A DNA stretch of 64,000 nucleotides from Sulfidibacter corallicola. Its GTDB lineage: Bacteria > Acidobacteriota > Holophagae > Acanthopleuribacterales > Acanthopleuribacteraceae. The translations under genes and the position numbers were made by a program. Below, piece after piece: positions 29,208 through 39,374 of the stretch. Each line of letters opens with the position of its first letter. Position 1 is the first letter of the stretch. The notes under the pieces were generated by a model. It saw nothing but the letters and a program-made list of their open reading frames with translations, searched no databases and had not been told where the DNA came from. Location of the stretch: NCBI RefSeq assembly GCF_017498545.1, contig NZ_CP071793.1, forward strand, positions 7,308,256 through 7,372,255, in the 5' to 3' direction.

Positions 29208-30428
29208 ATGCACATTACCTCCGCCGCCATTCAGCTCGGCAGCGGCAGACAATATGCCGAGCAACGCCAGGAGCGCGAGTCCCTGCGCATCCGCCAGGGG
29301 AACCGCACCCTCGACTTTCAACGCGAATCCACCAGCCTGACCGCCTTTCAATCGCGCGAAAACCTCGTTTTCGGTCGACTATCCGACCGGATGGAGCTTT
29401 CGGGTCAGGCTCGGCGAGCCGCAACCCAGTTGCGCGATCAGGCCGCCGAGGATCTGATGGATGTCGCCGAACACACCGTGACGACCAAGGAAGAACTGGT
29501 CAAGGTTCTTTTGGAAAAGATCCTGGGCAGTAAATTCAAGGTCAAGGAATTCGAAGAACCCGAAACGGATACCGAAGAACTGGCATCCCAATTCGGGCTC
29601 GGTCCCGCCGAATCGGGCAACGGTCCCAGTGGACCGGCTGGCCCACCCGGATTCGGTTTGGCCTACGACTATCACGAATCCTATCTCGAGACGGAACGAA
29701 CCGCCTTCCAGGCCTCCGGCACCGTGAAGACGGCCGACGGTCGCGAGATTCAATTCGATCTCGATCTCGAGATGTCGCGTGAGTACTATACCGAGCAGAA
29801 CCTGTCGATCCGCATCGGTGAACAACTCACGGATCCCCTGGTCGTCAACTTCGGCGGGGGTACCGCCCAACTCAGCAACGCGCGCTTCAGCTTCGATCTG
29901 GACTCGGACGGCACCGAAGAGGAGATGCATTTCCTCGCCGGAGGAAGTGGGTTCCTCGCCTTGGACTTGAACGGGGATGGCAGCATCAACAATGGATCCG
30001 AGCTGTTCGGAACCCAATCCGGTGACGGGTTCGGCGATCTGGCGGCTTATGACGAAGACGGAAACGGCTTCATCGACGAAGGCGATTCGGTATTCGACCA
30101 GCTCCTGCTCTACAACAAGGATGCGCAGGGCACGGATCGGCTGCAATCGTTGGCCGACCAGGGCATCGGCGCCATCTACCTGGGCAGTGCCTCCACCGAA
30201 TTCAGTCTCAAGGATACCGACAACCAAACGCTCGGCCAGGTGCGGCGCAGCGGTGTGTTCCTGCGGGAGAACGGCAGTGTCGGCTCCGTGCAACAAGTGG
30301 ATTTGGCCACTTTTGACGGAGACGAACGCAGCCAGGACGACGCAGGCGAATCCGGTGCGCTCGACGCGGTCGGTGCCGCAACCGACGCCGACCAGGAAGC
30401 TCCGCCCTTCTTGGATCTGAGTGTGTAA
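29208..30428 (+). CDS. Hypothetical acidic protein with EF-hand/dockerin-like Dx[DN]xDG calcium-binding motifs
   Basis: ATG at 29208 with an AAGGA RBS (the ORF track starts at a GTG at 28821). Motifs DLNGDGSINNGSE, DEDGNGFIDEGD, DLDSDGTEEE. No signal peptide seen. Confidence 0.4.
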   Translation: MHITSAAIQLGSGRQYAEQRQERESLRIRQGNRTLDFQRESTSLTAFQSRENLVFGRLSDRMELSGQARRAATQLRDQAAEDLMDVAEHTVTTKEELVKVLLEKILGSKFKVKEFEEPETDTEELASQFGLGPAESGNGPSGPAGPPGFGLAYDYHESYLETERTAFQASGTVKTADGREIQFDLDLEMSREYYTEQNLSIRIGEQLTDPLVVNFGGGTAQLSNARFSFDLDSDGTEEEMHFLAGGSGFLALDLNGDGSINNGSELFGTQSGDGFGDLAAYDEDGNGFIDEGDSVFDQLLLYNKDAQGTDRLQSLADQGIGAIYLGSASTEFSLKDTDNQTLGQVRRSGVFLRENGSVGSVQQVDLATFDGDERSQDDAGESGALDAVGAATDADQEAPPFLDLSV

Positions 30429-30624
30429 CCCTTGCCCATCCAGAACGGAATGCCGCCAAGCTTGGCTTGGACCGCCTGGATGGGCAATGATCCCGCCAAA
30501 GGCGGACCATTGTGCGCATGTGGGCGGTCGCGTCGGATGCCTCGATCGTCTCATCTTCTGGGTCGATTCGTCCGCGGTGTCCGCTTGAATTTGCGGTCGG
30601 GTTTCGAGCCCGGTTCGCGTCGGC

Positions 30625-31278
30625 TCAGACCGGTGGCACGAACGACGCCCGCATGGCCAACAGCGGCTCGCGGCAGTGGCAGCCTTCCAGATGATCGTTG
30701 ACCAGACCCATGGCCTGCATGAACGCATAGGCCGTGGTGGGGCCCACGAAACTCCAGCCCCGTTTCTTCAAATCTTTGGAGAGTGCCGTGGATTCCTCGG
30801 TCTTGGCCAGTTTGGAAAGGGTGGCGTAGGTGAAGGATGTGGGCCGATTTTCGGGTTTGGGCTCGTAACGCCAGAAATAGGCGCCCAGTGATCCGAACTC
30901 CGCGCGCAGGGCCTTGGCGCGACGGGCGTTGTTGATGGTGGACTCGATCTTGCGGCGGTGACGTACGATCCCGGCGTCTTCCAGCAGTCGCTCGACGTCC
31001 GATTCACCGTACTCTGCGACGGTGTCGATGTCGAAATTGGCGAACGCGGCGCGGAAATTTTCCCGTTTACGCAGAATGGTCAGCCACGACAGGCCGGATT
31101 GGAAACCCTCCAGGCATATTTTCTCGAAAAGGGTGCGGTCGTCGCTGACCGGACGGCCCCACTCTCCATCGTGATAGGCGATGTACATCTCGTCCTTGGC
31201 GCCCCACCAACAACGGGTCAAGCCATCGTTTCCACAGTGTAGGCCTTCCTTCTGCTCCGTCACGTTCGCGTCTGTCAC
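30625..31278 (-). CDS. tag: DNA-3-methyladenine glycosylase I
   Basis: YIAYHDGEWG...FEKICLEGFQSGLSWLTILRKRENFRAAF...GIVRHRRKIESTINNA...KRGWSFVGPTTAYAFMQAMGLVNDH is collinear with E. coli Tag. Likely GTG start at 31278 with a GGAGGA RBS. The ORF-track ATG is at 31299. Confidence 0.85.
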   Translation of the reverse strand: MTDANVTEQKEGLHCGNDGLTRCWWGAKDEMYIAYHDGEWGRPVSDDRTLFEKICLEGFQSGLSWLTILRKRENFRAAFANFDIDTVAEYGESDVERLLEDAGIVRHRRKIESTINNARRAKALRAEFGSLGAYFWRYEPKPENRPTSFTYATLSKLAKTEESTALSKDLKKRGWSFVGPTTAYAFMQAMGLVNDHLEGCHCREPLLAMRASFVPPV

Positions 31279-31384
31279 CTGTGATCCTCCCCGTAACATC
31301 TTTCAAAGCAGATCTATCAAATCACATTCACGCGCCCTGAAGAGCACAAATTCGGGTTCCGATACCGTACCCCGGGCGAGGGGC

Positions 31385-31432
31385 CCCACAAAAGAAGAGT
31401 GCCGCGCCCGGTGAGACACCGAAACGCGGCAC
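31385..31432 (-). terminator. Putative intrinsic terminator after the SPFH gene (stem GTGCCGCG/CGCGGCAC with a T-rich tail on the minus strand)
   Basis: 8-bp inverted repeat at 31399-31406 and 31425-31432. On the minus strand it is followed by CTCTTCTTTTGTGG. The 18-nt loop is long for a canonical terminator. Confidence 0.35.
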
Positions 31433-31439
31433 GATTGGA

Positions 31440-32561
31440 TCATTCACGCTTGTGACCGCTCATGAGGGTGGCGGTCAGTTCCTTGACGATATCGCCGCTG
31501 CCCATGATGAAGGTCGACTCGGTTCCGTCCATGACCTTCTCCAGGGTTTCCAGCTCGCGCAGACGCATCAAGGTGGGGTTCTGGGCGTACAGTCGGGCCG
31601 TGTTGGCCTGGCTGCGCGCGGCGGCGGTTTCTTCACGCCGACGAATCAAGTCGGCCTCGGCCCGTTTTTGGGCCTCGGTGACCTGGTTCAACAGGTGTTT
31701 CATGTCGCCGGGCAGGATGATGTCGCGGACACCGGCACTGATCACGTCCAGACCCAGGCCGGCGGCGTGCGCCTTCAGGCTGGCCTCGATCTCACCCCCG
31801 ATGGCGTGTTTGTCCGCCAGCAAGTCGTCCAGCGGACGGGTGCCGACGGCCGCCCGCAAGATCATTTGCGCGGTGCGGTACAGCGCCTGGCTGTAGTTCT
31901 CCACCACCACGGCGGCCTTGATCACCTCGACCACGCGGTAGTTGACCAACAGGTTCAGTCGCAGCGACACCTTGTCGGCCGTCATGATTTCCTGGCCACC
32001 GATGTCCAGGTACTGCTCCTGAACGACGACACGGGTCATGGCGATCTTGCCGACGTCCTTCCAGTAGACGTGCTGACCCGGATCCAACACCACCTCGACC
32101 TGACCGTCGCGCGTGAGAATCACGCGTTCCGAACTTTCGACGATGATGCGTTCCAGGTGCAGTCGGCTTTCGGGCAAGGTGAAGATCGCGTCCATCGAGG
32201 CGTGCTCGAAGGGCACGGGCCCGATGTCCAGGCGTTCGACTTCGAGAACGCCCGCATCCTTCCAGAACGCGTGGCGGCCGGGGCCGAGGAACCAGCGAAC
32301 GCGATGGTCCAACCGGACGATGGCCCGCTCGCGATCACCCAGCTCGATGACTTCCAAATAGGGCTTCAGAAGTTCGTCGCGGACCAGCGCATCGAAACGC
32401 GGGTGGGTGAAGCGGGTGTTGGCGGTGTTGATCACCAGGCATTCTTCTTTTGGAAAACGCGCACGCAGCCAATGGCTTCCGGGCGCCAAAACGCGCGCGA
32501 GATCGCCTCGCCGGAAGACGAGGCCCAACTGACCCTTACAAATATGAATGTTCCGCAACAT
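31440..32561 (-). CDS. SPFH/band-7 (stomatin/slipin-like) domain protein
   Basis: ATG at 32561 with an AGGAG RBS 9 nt upstream. The ORF-track 5' extension to 32915 is non-coding-like. The central region is the SPFH core, and the C-terminal part is coiled-coil (AEADLIRRREETAAARSQ). Confidence 0.7.
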   Translation of the reverse strand: MLRNIHICKGQLGLVFRRGDLARVLAPGSHWLRARFPKEECLVINTANTRFTHPRFDALVRDELLKPYLEVIELGDRERAIVRLDHRVRWFLGPGRHAFWKDAGVLEVERLDIGPVPFEHASMDAIFTLPESRLHLERIIVESSERVILTRDGQVEVVLDPGQHVYWKDVGKIAMTRVVVQEQYLDIGGQEIMTADKVSLRLNLLVNYRVVEVIKAAVVVENYSQALYRTAQMILRAAVGTRPLDDLLADKHAIGGEIEASLKAHAAGLGLDVISAGVRDIILPGDMKHLLNQVTEAQKRAEADLIRRREETAAARSQANTARLYAQNPTLMRLRELETLEKVMDGTESTFIMGSGDIVKELTATLMSGHKRE

Positions 32562-33015
32562 GTCGAGAACTCCTGACACGCCTTTCGATACACCGCAATG
32601 GTGTCGAACGGCTTCTGATTGAATGTTGAGATGGATGGTGGTGCGCCTTCGCGAACCACGGTTGAATGGGCGGTAGGGAAGGGGAGGCGGCGAAGAGGTC
32701 GATCGGATTCTGGGGACAAGTCCCCGGCGCGGGGCGCGGCGACGGATCACTTCGCTCGAATCGGCGCACCACGACTCGAGACGGGCGGCTCCCGAAGGAG
32801 ACCGGCCGCCGGAGAAGGGCGGTCCTTTTCGATGTCCGTAACCCGATGTCACCGTGCCGCAGGGCGCCTGAATCCGTTCCCGCGTCACCGTTCGGCTCGG
32901 AGACCAGGTCTTCAAACCGAATCGGTGCCGCTCGGATCGAGGTGCTCTCCACCACCAAGAAAAAGTTTCGGAGTTTCAGTCCGAGGTTGACGAGTCGTTA
33001 TCCTAAAACGATGTC

Positions 33016-33091
33016 TGGTTGACGAGATTGGAGTTGAACCAATGCCACGCAGGTTTTCAATCTGCTGCTCTATCCACTGAGCTACACGCCT
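33016..33091 (-). tRNA. tRNA-Phe(GAA)-like sequence, 76 nt with encoded CCA. Possible pseudogene or integration-site remnant because the stems are imperfect.
   Basis: Reverse complement reads AGGCGTGTAGCTCAGTGGATAGAGCAGCAGATTGAAAACCTGCGTGGCATTGGTTCAACTCCAATCTCGTCAACCA. U8, A14, G18G19, the T-loop TTCAACT and anticodon GAA (U33, A37) are canonical. There are three stem mismatches: A1·A72, U6·U67 and A31·C39. Confidence 0.45.
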
Positions 33092-33406
33092 GAGGGTGAA
33101 AAACAGAAGCCTTGGAACCCGTTCGCGGAACACACCGACCTGATTCGCAAAGAAAGGGAGTGCGCCGCCGGAAACTCCAGCCTTTCGCCGGGAAAACGCT
33201 AAGGCATGGCTGATGCCAAGCCTCGCTCGATGGCCTGAGTTTTCAGGTAACATTATGAAAAAAATGGGGTTATGGTGCGTGGGTGGATACTGGTCAGAAT
33301 CGCCGGGTCTGCGGGAATGGCGCTGCCCATATAGGTGATTAGCCGTTTGTATCGAAATGTAACATTCTGAAACATTTTGACCGAGCCCCCGGCCCGCGGC
33401 ATCCAA

Positions 33407-33437
33407 CAAAAAAGCGGATCGCAATCCGCGATCCGCC
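33407..33437 (-). terminator. Intrinsic terminator for the M36 protease gene (GCGGATCGC-GGATT-GCGATCCGC followed by T6 on the minus strand)
   Basis: Perfect 9-bp stem. AAAAAA at 33408-33413 on the plus strand. Lies 50 bp 3' of the stop at 33486. Confidence 0.7.
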
Positions 33438-33485
33438 GTTGGGTACTGAGTTTGTTGGTGTTGCCCGGAATGGACGGGTCTGGAA

Positions 33486-36400
33486 TCAGGGCACGTCGAT
33501 GCGTGCGACCGGAACTTCCATGCAGCCGATCATCTCGAGGATGTCGTACTGCGGCCACATGGGCATGACCTGCCCCATCGTCGGACAGGCTTCGCTTCCG
33601 TCGCACTCGCTGCTCTGGAAAACCAGGAAGTCGTCGACCCACCAACCGGTGGAGGCGACTGAGCTGTCACAGGCCATGCGCCAACGGAACACGACGCTCT
33701 GGCCTTCGAAGTCGCTCAGGTCGACGGTTTCCTTGATGTACCCGCCCGAGTTGCCGGTAAAGGCTTGGCGACCGCCGATCGGGCTGTTGTAGGAGGTACT
33801 GATGGTGCCCGTGTAGCCGTTGCCCTGGAAGCGTTCTTCGTTGGCCGGGATGGCGCCGCCATCGCCGGCGAGGATGTCGTGCCAGGTGGTGCCGCTGTCG
33901 ACCGAGTACTCCAACACGCCGCCGTCATAGGTGTTCTCGGTGACGAAATTGTGGTGGAAGCTCAGGGTCGGTGAGGTGCCGGCCTGGAAGGTCATGGCCG
34001 CGCTGGTGACCAGCATCTGGTCCTTGATGACCTCTTCGTCGCTGGCGAACCAGGCGTGACCGCCGCCGTGACCGCCGCTAGCGTCGCGGTTCCAGATCGC
34101 GGTGCCGGTGTCGGCCGAACCGGTTTCCAGGGTGAAGGTCGCGTTGTCGGTTTCCACGTCGTCCTGTAGCAGGGTGGCGTCCGGACCGGAAGGCGTGGCC
34201 GCGATTTCGACCCTGTTCAAATCCTCGTTGCCGGTGCAGTTGGTGCCGCTGACGTCGTCCTCGGCGCGAACCAGGTAGTAATAGGTAGTCAGCGAATCGA
34301 CCTGGACATCGAGATAGCTGCTGCCGGTGATGCAGGAGGCGATCCGGTTGGCCGGGCTCGGCGTGAAGCCGGAAACCGTGTCGCGGTAGATGTTGTAGGT
34401 CAGGTTGTCACCGCAGTAACCGGTGGCGGCGTTCCAGCTCAGCATGACGCTGCACTGTTCCTGTTCCTGGTTGACGGCCGCGACCAATCCGGCGAAGCCC
34501 GGCGGACGGATACAGGCACCGGTTGCGGTTTCGGTGATGCAGTTGCTGCTCTCGGTTTCGCAGAAGCCGGTTTCGTCCTTGGCGCGGATGGCGAAGGTGT
34601 AGGTGGTGCCGCCGGAGACGGTCTGGTCGGAATAGCTGGTTTCGGTGAGGTTTTCTGCCACCAGTTCCCAGGTGTCGGACGCGCAGCCGTCGTAGCTGCG
34701 GTAGACGTTGTAGTGGGTGGCGCCACTGGCGGCCTGCCAGGTCAGGTCGATGCGGTTGTCGCCGTTGTTCTGGCCCTGGAGGCCGGAGGGCGTGGCCGGC
34801 ATGGTGCACAGGCAGGCCTGGGGTTGGGAAAATCCGTTGGTCGGGCTGGTGCTGTCGGAGCCGCCGCTGACGGCATCCTCGCCCAAACCGAACTCCGCGA
34901 AGGCGCGCCACAGGGTGCAGACGTCCTCGCCGCCGTGGTTGTCCAATGCGGCCGAGATGATGCCGTCGCGCACATCGGTGAAGGTGGGGTTACAGGCCGA
35001 GTTTTTCAGGCCCTCCATCACGTAGAGCATCATGCGCTGGTTCCCGGCGGTTCCGGTCGCGTTGTAGAGGTCGGGATCGAACCCGTGCTCGTCGACCAGT
35101 GCCCAATAGGCTTCCCAAGCGGCCTGGGCCCAGACTTCGCCGACGCCGTGCGGGACGAAGGCGCCGTCGATGCTTTCGTAAGTGTGGGTGTTGATGCCAG
35201 GGTCGGTGCTGTAGGGTTGGGTGCGGATGCCGGGGCCGTCGGGCGCCTGATAGAGGGCGAAGGTACCTACGCCGCGCCGATCGGTACCCAGGTCACCCAC
35301 TTCCGCGGTGAAGAACAGCGACCACCAGTCGCTCAAACCTTCACCCGGTTGCTGGCGGTTGAACAGGCAATCGGTCGTGTTGGGTCCGCCCACCAAGCGG
35401 TTCGAGATGCCGTGGCCGTACTCGTGAACGACGATGCCGCTGTCGAAGTCGCCGTCGCGGTTCGGGGTCTGGTCGGTCCAGATGAACATCTGCATGCGGG
35501 GCCGCGAACCATCGGGCGGGGTGGCGAAGTTGGCGTTGTTGGCGTTGCCGATTTCGCGACCGTCCATACTTTCGGCCTGAACCGCGTCGTTGCCCTGGCC
35601 GGCATCCGAATAGTTGGTTTGCTGAAAGTTGCCGCCGGCCTCGTCGAAGCCGTACTGGTAGGCGACGTCGTGAATGATGTTGTTCCAATAGAACAGGTTC
35701 ACGACCGATGCTTCCATGTTGGTCTGGGGCGTGGCGTTCAGATCCAGCGAGGGTTCGAAGACCAGGTCCTGGCCGCCGTCGGGCTCGTCGCCCGAACTGC
35801 TGTTGTTGTTGCGGGGATCTTCGTACGCATGGACGTTGTTGCCACGGGTGATGGTGTGTTCGGCACCGGGCTCGCCATTGGTGTCGTGCCAGCCGAAGGG
35901 AGAAGCCGTGGCGTCCGCGGGATCCTCAACTACCACGCGGGCGTCCTCGGGCGGTCCCGGCGCCGTGTGAATGGGGCTCTCCACCGGCATCGGGTAGACC
36001 TTGTAATTGTCGGAAGCCACCCAGTCCACGCGGGTCCACACCTTGGACTCGACCGCGTCGATGTTGAAGTTGAAGACGTGCTGGCCGTTGGGCAGCCAGG
36101 CCGCGAAATTCCACACCAGGCGAACCCGGCCCTTGCTGATTGGCAGCCACATCAGGCCCGCCTCGATCGGTTTGGTCGAAAGCGCGGCGGACTGGAGGAC
36201 CGTACGTTGGGTGGGACCCTCGGCGGGGCTGGTAACTGTCGGCGGCTGAAATTGATCCAGCTCCAGGCTGCGGGCCGAAGCTCCCAGGGCCGAAGCGGCG
36301 TCGATGGCCGGCGTCAAACTGTTGACGTGGCCCGCCAAGTTGCGGACGAAGGCGTTGTTGACGCTGATGATGCGGCCCTCGCGGTTGACGTTGACGTGCA

Positions 36401-36923
36401 ACTGCCCGTTGAACACCGGAATCCCGCGATGCATCTGGCGCAGGTAGATGTGGGATGCGCCGGTGACCGCCGAGAACACGTTGTCGGTCACTTCGTATTC
36501 GGCCATGTCGGCGCTGTCCAGGCCCAAGGCGGCCAGGTTGGCGTCGATGTAGGCCAATGCGATCTGCAGGTGGTCGCCGGTTTTGGGTGAGGTCAGGTAC
36601 TCGGTGTTGCTCACGAGACTACGGGTGACGCCGGTGCGGGGATCGATGGAGTAGCGGAAGCCGTTGACCTTTTGGCCCAATCGCGTCAGGGCTTCCTGTT
36701 GGGTGCCGACCAGTTCGGTACGCTGGGTTTCCAGTGCAGCGGGTCGGGCGTCGATGTTGCGGTCCTCATGTTTGGGGTGGCTTCCCGGACGGCTGTTGAG
36801 CTGAGCCATCAGGGAAAGGAAACAAGTCAGGCCGGTCACCATGCCGGCCCGTGCAAGCCATTGGAATTTCAAGATATAATCTCCCTCGGTGAAGCAGAAT
36901 GATCCTCTGATGAACAATCGCAA
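33486..36923 (-). CDS. Secreted M36 (fungalysin-type) zinc metalloprotease with an FTP-like propeptide and C-terminal FN3/Ig-like beta domains
   Basis: VHEYGHGISNRLVGGP (HExxH plus fungalysin-type context). An N-terminal hydrophobic segment (LARAGMVTGLTCFLSLMA) could act as a signal peptide. Long C-terminal beta-rich repeats. The ORF-track start is a TTG at 36923, and an in-frame ATG lies at 36842, so the true start is uncertain. Confidence 0.8.
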   Translation of the reverse strand: MRLFIRGSFCFTEGDYILKFQWLARAGMVTGLTCFLSLMAQLNSRPGSHPKHEDRNIDARPAALETQRTELVGTQQEALTRLGQKVNGFRYSIDPRTGVTRSLVSNTEYLTSPKTGDHLQIALAYIDANLAALGLDSADMAEYEVTDNVFSAVTGASHIYLRQMHRGIPVFNGQLHVNVNREGRIISVNNAFVRNLAGHVNSLTPAIDAASALGASARSLELDQFQPPTVTSPAEGPTQRTVLQSAALSTKPIEAGLMWLPISKGRVRLVWNFAAWLPNGQHVFNFNIDAVESKVWTRVDWVASDNYKVYPMPVESPIHTAPGPPEDARVVVEDPADATASPFGWHDTNGEPGAEHTITRGNNVHAYEDPRNNNSSSGDEPDGGQDLVFEPSLDLNATPQTNMEASVVNLFYWNNIIHDVAYQYGFDEAGGNFQQTNYSDAGQGNDAVQAESMDGREIGNANNANFATPPDGSRPRMQMFIWTDQTPNRDGDFDSGIVVHEYGHGISNRLVGGPNTTDCLFNRQQPGEGLSDWWSLFFTAEVGDLGTDRRGVGTFALYQAPDGPGIRTQPYSTDPGINTHTYESIDGAFVPHGVGEVWAQAAWEAYWALVDEHGFDPDLYNATGTAGNQRMMLYVMEGLKNSACNPTFTDVRDGIISAALDNHGGEDVCTLWRAFAEFGLGEDAVSGGSDSTSPTNGFSQPQACLCTMPATPSGLQGQNNGDNRIDLTWQAASGATHYNVYRSYDGCASDTWELVAENLTETSYSDQTVSGGTTYTFAIRAKDETGFCETESSNCITETATGACIRPPGFAGLVAAVNQEQEQCSVMLSWNAATGYCGDNLTYNIYRDTVSGFTPSPANRIASCITGSSYLDVQVDSLTTYYYLVRAEDDVSGTNCTGNEDLNRVEIAATPSGPDATLLQDDVETDNATFTLETGSADTGTAIWNRDASGGHGGGHAWFASDEEVIKDQMLVTSAAMTFQAGTSPTLSFHHNFVTENTYDGGVLEYSVDSGTTWHDILAGDGGAIPANEERFQGNGYTGTISTSYNSPIGGRQAFTGNSGGYIKETVDLSDFEGQSVVFRWRMACDSSVASTGWWVDDFLVFQSSECDGSEACPTMGQVMPMWPQYDILEMIGCMEVPVARIDVP

Positions 36924-37451
36924 GATATACCTTCCCCATGAGAATGCGGGCCGACCAAAGGAGTCGGCCTATCGGGGAAAAAAGAGCGAGTCGAAAAAGC
37001 GACGCTTTGGATTGTATGGAGGACTTGCAATTAACCGACGATCATATGGGGTCACCTGGAAAAAATCAAGCGATAGAAGACGGTAGTGTGAGAAGTTTCG
37101 CCGTTGAGATATAGTAAGGCTGATTTGAGAAATAATTTCAAAAGATAATGTAATTCGATATGTGTACGCGTGGTCTTGTTTGTAAATTTGTTATTTGTTT
37201 TTATTTGGATATGACATTTGTTTTTGATGCAGGAAAAGATCTGTCGAGGTTGGTGCTCCGTGTGAAAAAATGCCTCCATTGGGCTCTTCCGGATCTGAAA
37301 AAGGAATTCAGGTTCATGTCTAACACTTTATTTTGTAGAGGTTTGGAAAGAAAATGCATTTTTTTTGACTTTTCTGTCACGCGCCGCATCGCTACCTCGT
37401 CTTGTCTCCGAACACCCGGAAGACCGGGTACAACACATCGGAGGAATCCAC

Positions 37452-38012
37452 ATGAATGCACAAGTCGTTTCCAAGCTCGATGCCCGTGAAGCCCTGAATG
37501 AAGTCACCGCCATGGAAGCCCACGTGGGGCAAACACTCACCTATCTCCGCGATCTCGCCGAACACAACACCGAAGGCCTGGCCAAATTCCTGAACTTCAT
37601 GCCGCTCGCCTATCACCGGGCCGAAGCCAGCAACGAAGAATTGGCCGTGGTCAAGTTGGCGACGATGGTAAACGAGGACTGCGGGCCCTGCCTGCAAATC
37701 AATATTCGCCTCGCCATCATGGCGGGCGTCAATCCCGAGCTGGTTCGGGCGGTGGTCGAAGGCCGGGTGGACGACATTCGCGATGACGGATTGCGTGCGC
37801 TTTACCACTACGCCAACGCGGTCGTTCGCAATACGGCCGACCTGGCCGAGCACGTCGACAAAGTGGAGACGATGGTGGGTTCGACCCGTCTGGGGGATCT
37901 GGCCATCGCGATCGCCTCGGCACGTGTGTTCCCCACGCTGAAAAAGGGCATGGGCCACGGGGTATCCTGCAGTGTGCTCAACTTCGATTTCGAACCGGAA
38001 TCGGAACTGTGA
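37452..38012 (+). CDS. Carboxymuconolactone decarboxylase / AhpD-like family protein
   Basis: ATG at 37452 with a GGAGGAA RBS. CGPC motif inside an all-alpha protein of ~186 aa. AT-rich promoter region upstream. Confidence 0.55.
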   Translation: MNAQVVSKLDAREALNEVTAMEAHVGQTLTYLRDLAEHNTEGLAKFLNFMPLAYHRAEASNEELAVVKLATMVNEDCGPCLQINIRLAIMAGVNPELVRAVVEGRVDDIRDDGLRALYHYANAVVRNTADLAEHVDKVETMVGSTRLGDLAIAIASARVFPTLKKGMGHGVSCSVLNFDFEPESEL

Positions 38013-38439
38013 GCGTTGGCCTGCAACAGGGCACGCGACATCCTGGAACGGGGGTGGTCGTCCCCGGGCGGCCACTTCGCTCCGGGATGTCCGAGCCGGA
38101 GGGTTCGGCACCCTGCCGGAAACAGGTGCCCGACCTGTGGTATCGATCTCGAGGTTGTCGCTTTCAGGTCCACCTCTAGTCCCCATCCAGGAACGGAGGG
38201 GTGGTGACCGCCGAGATCGTTCGCCTGGATGCGTACGGCATCGGGTATCAGGCGTCAGGTTTCGGCAAGGATCTTATTTACTGGTGATTAGCTGGAATTT
38301 ATAACCTGGCGGCCGAAACCGCATCACGTCGAGGTTCCCGCCGATTCAGAGCACACAACTGATAGACCGCTGTTTCTGGATGGGTACCAGTTATCATGAA
38401 GAATCAATGGTTTCCGGTTCGCCCGGATGAGGAGTATCT

Positions 38440-39345
38440 ATGAATGCCAAAACGGACGACGCGCCCTTTTCGATCGACGAGCAGAACCGCAGAACTTCGG
38501 TCTTCGAGGCCCATCGATCGATGTTGATGGGCCTGGCCTACCGAATGACGGGATCCTGGGCGGATGCCGAGGACGTGGTGCAGGATACGTGGATGCGCTG
38601 GGAAGCTTCGGCTCCGGAGCAGGTCGCTTCCGCTTGGGCCTGGCTGGCCCGAACCGCTTCGCGATTGTGCCTGGACCTGATGAAATCCGCCCGAAAGAAG
38701 CGCGAAGTCTATACGGGGCCCTGGCTACCCGAGCCGGTACCCGACCTGATCCCCGGCGAGACGGCCGCCTCGGAGCGGGGATCGATGGTGTCCTACGCGC
38801 TGTTGGTGGTGCTGGAGCGGTTGAGTCCCTTGGAGCGAGCCGTGTACCTGCTGCGCGAAGTCTTCGAGTTCCCCTATGGGGACATCGCCGAGTGGCTCGA
38901 GATCCGGGAGGATCACGCGCGTCAGGTGGGCCGCAGGGCCCGCAACCGGTTGGGAACCGGCACACCGATCCGAAAGGCGAAACCGAGCCATTTGGAAGAA
39001 TTGCTGAATCGATTCCTACGAGCCACCCATGAAGGTGACTTCACCGATCTGCTGGCCCTGTTCCACCGCGATGTGGTGATGTTCGCCGACGGCGGCGGCA
39101 AAGTGCCCAGCGCGCTGCGTCCGGTGTACGGTTCGGATCGCGTCAGCAAGTTCTTCGTGGGGCTGGCGCGCAAGCGGTCGGAAACGCTGACGCACAGCAT
39201 CGATTGGGTGAACGGCGCCCCGGCGATGATCTTCCGCGAAGGTCCCCTGACGGGAACCGTGCTCATGCTGGACGTCGACGGCGATCGGGTTCGGACGGTC
39301 TACGTCATGCGAAATCCGGACAAACTGGAACTGTTCCAGGGGTAA
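38440..39345 (+). CDS. ECF-type RNA polymerase sigma-70 factor with a C-terminal SnoaL-like extension (ECF41/56-like)
   Basis: GAGGAG RBS. Sigma region 2 (LMGLAYRMTGSWADAEDVVQDTWMRW) and region 4 (ERAVYLLREVFEFPYGDIAEWLEIRED), plus a ~130 aa C-terminal extension. Confidence 0.75.
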   Translation: MNAKTDDAPFSIDEQNRRTSVFEAHRSMLMGLAYRMTGSWADAEDVVQDTWMRWEASAPEQVASAWAWLARTASRLCLDLMKSARKKREVYTGPWLPEPVPDLIPGETAASERGSMVSYALLVVLERLSPLERAVYLLREVFEFPYGDIAEWLEIREDHARQVGRRARNRLGTGTPIRKAKPSHLEELLNRFLRATHEGDFTDLLALFHRDVVMFADGGGKVPSALRPVYGSDRVSKFFVGLARKRSETLTHSIDWVNGAPAMIFREGPLTGTVLMLDVDGDRVRTVYVMRNPDKLELFQG

Positions 39346-39374
39346 TTGGTGGCGAGGCCCGATCAGGTCTCGCC

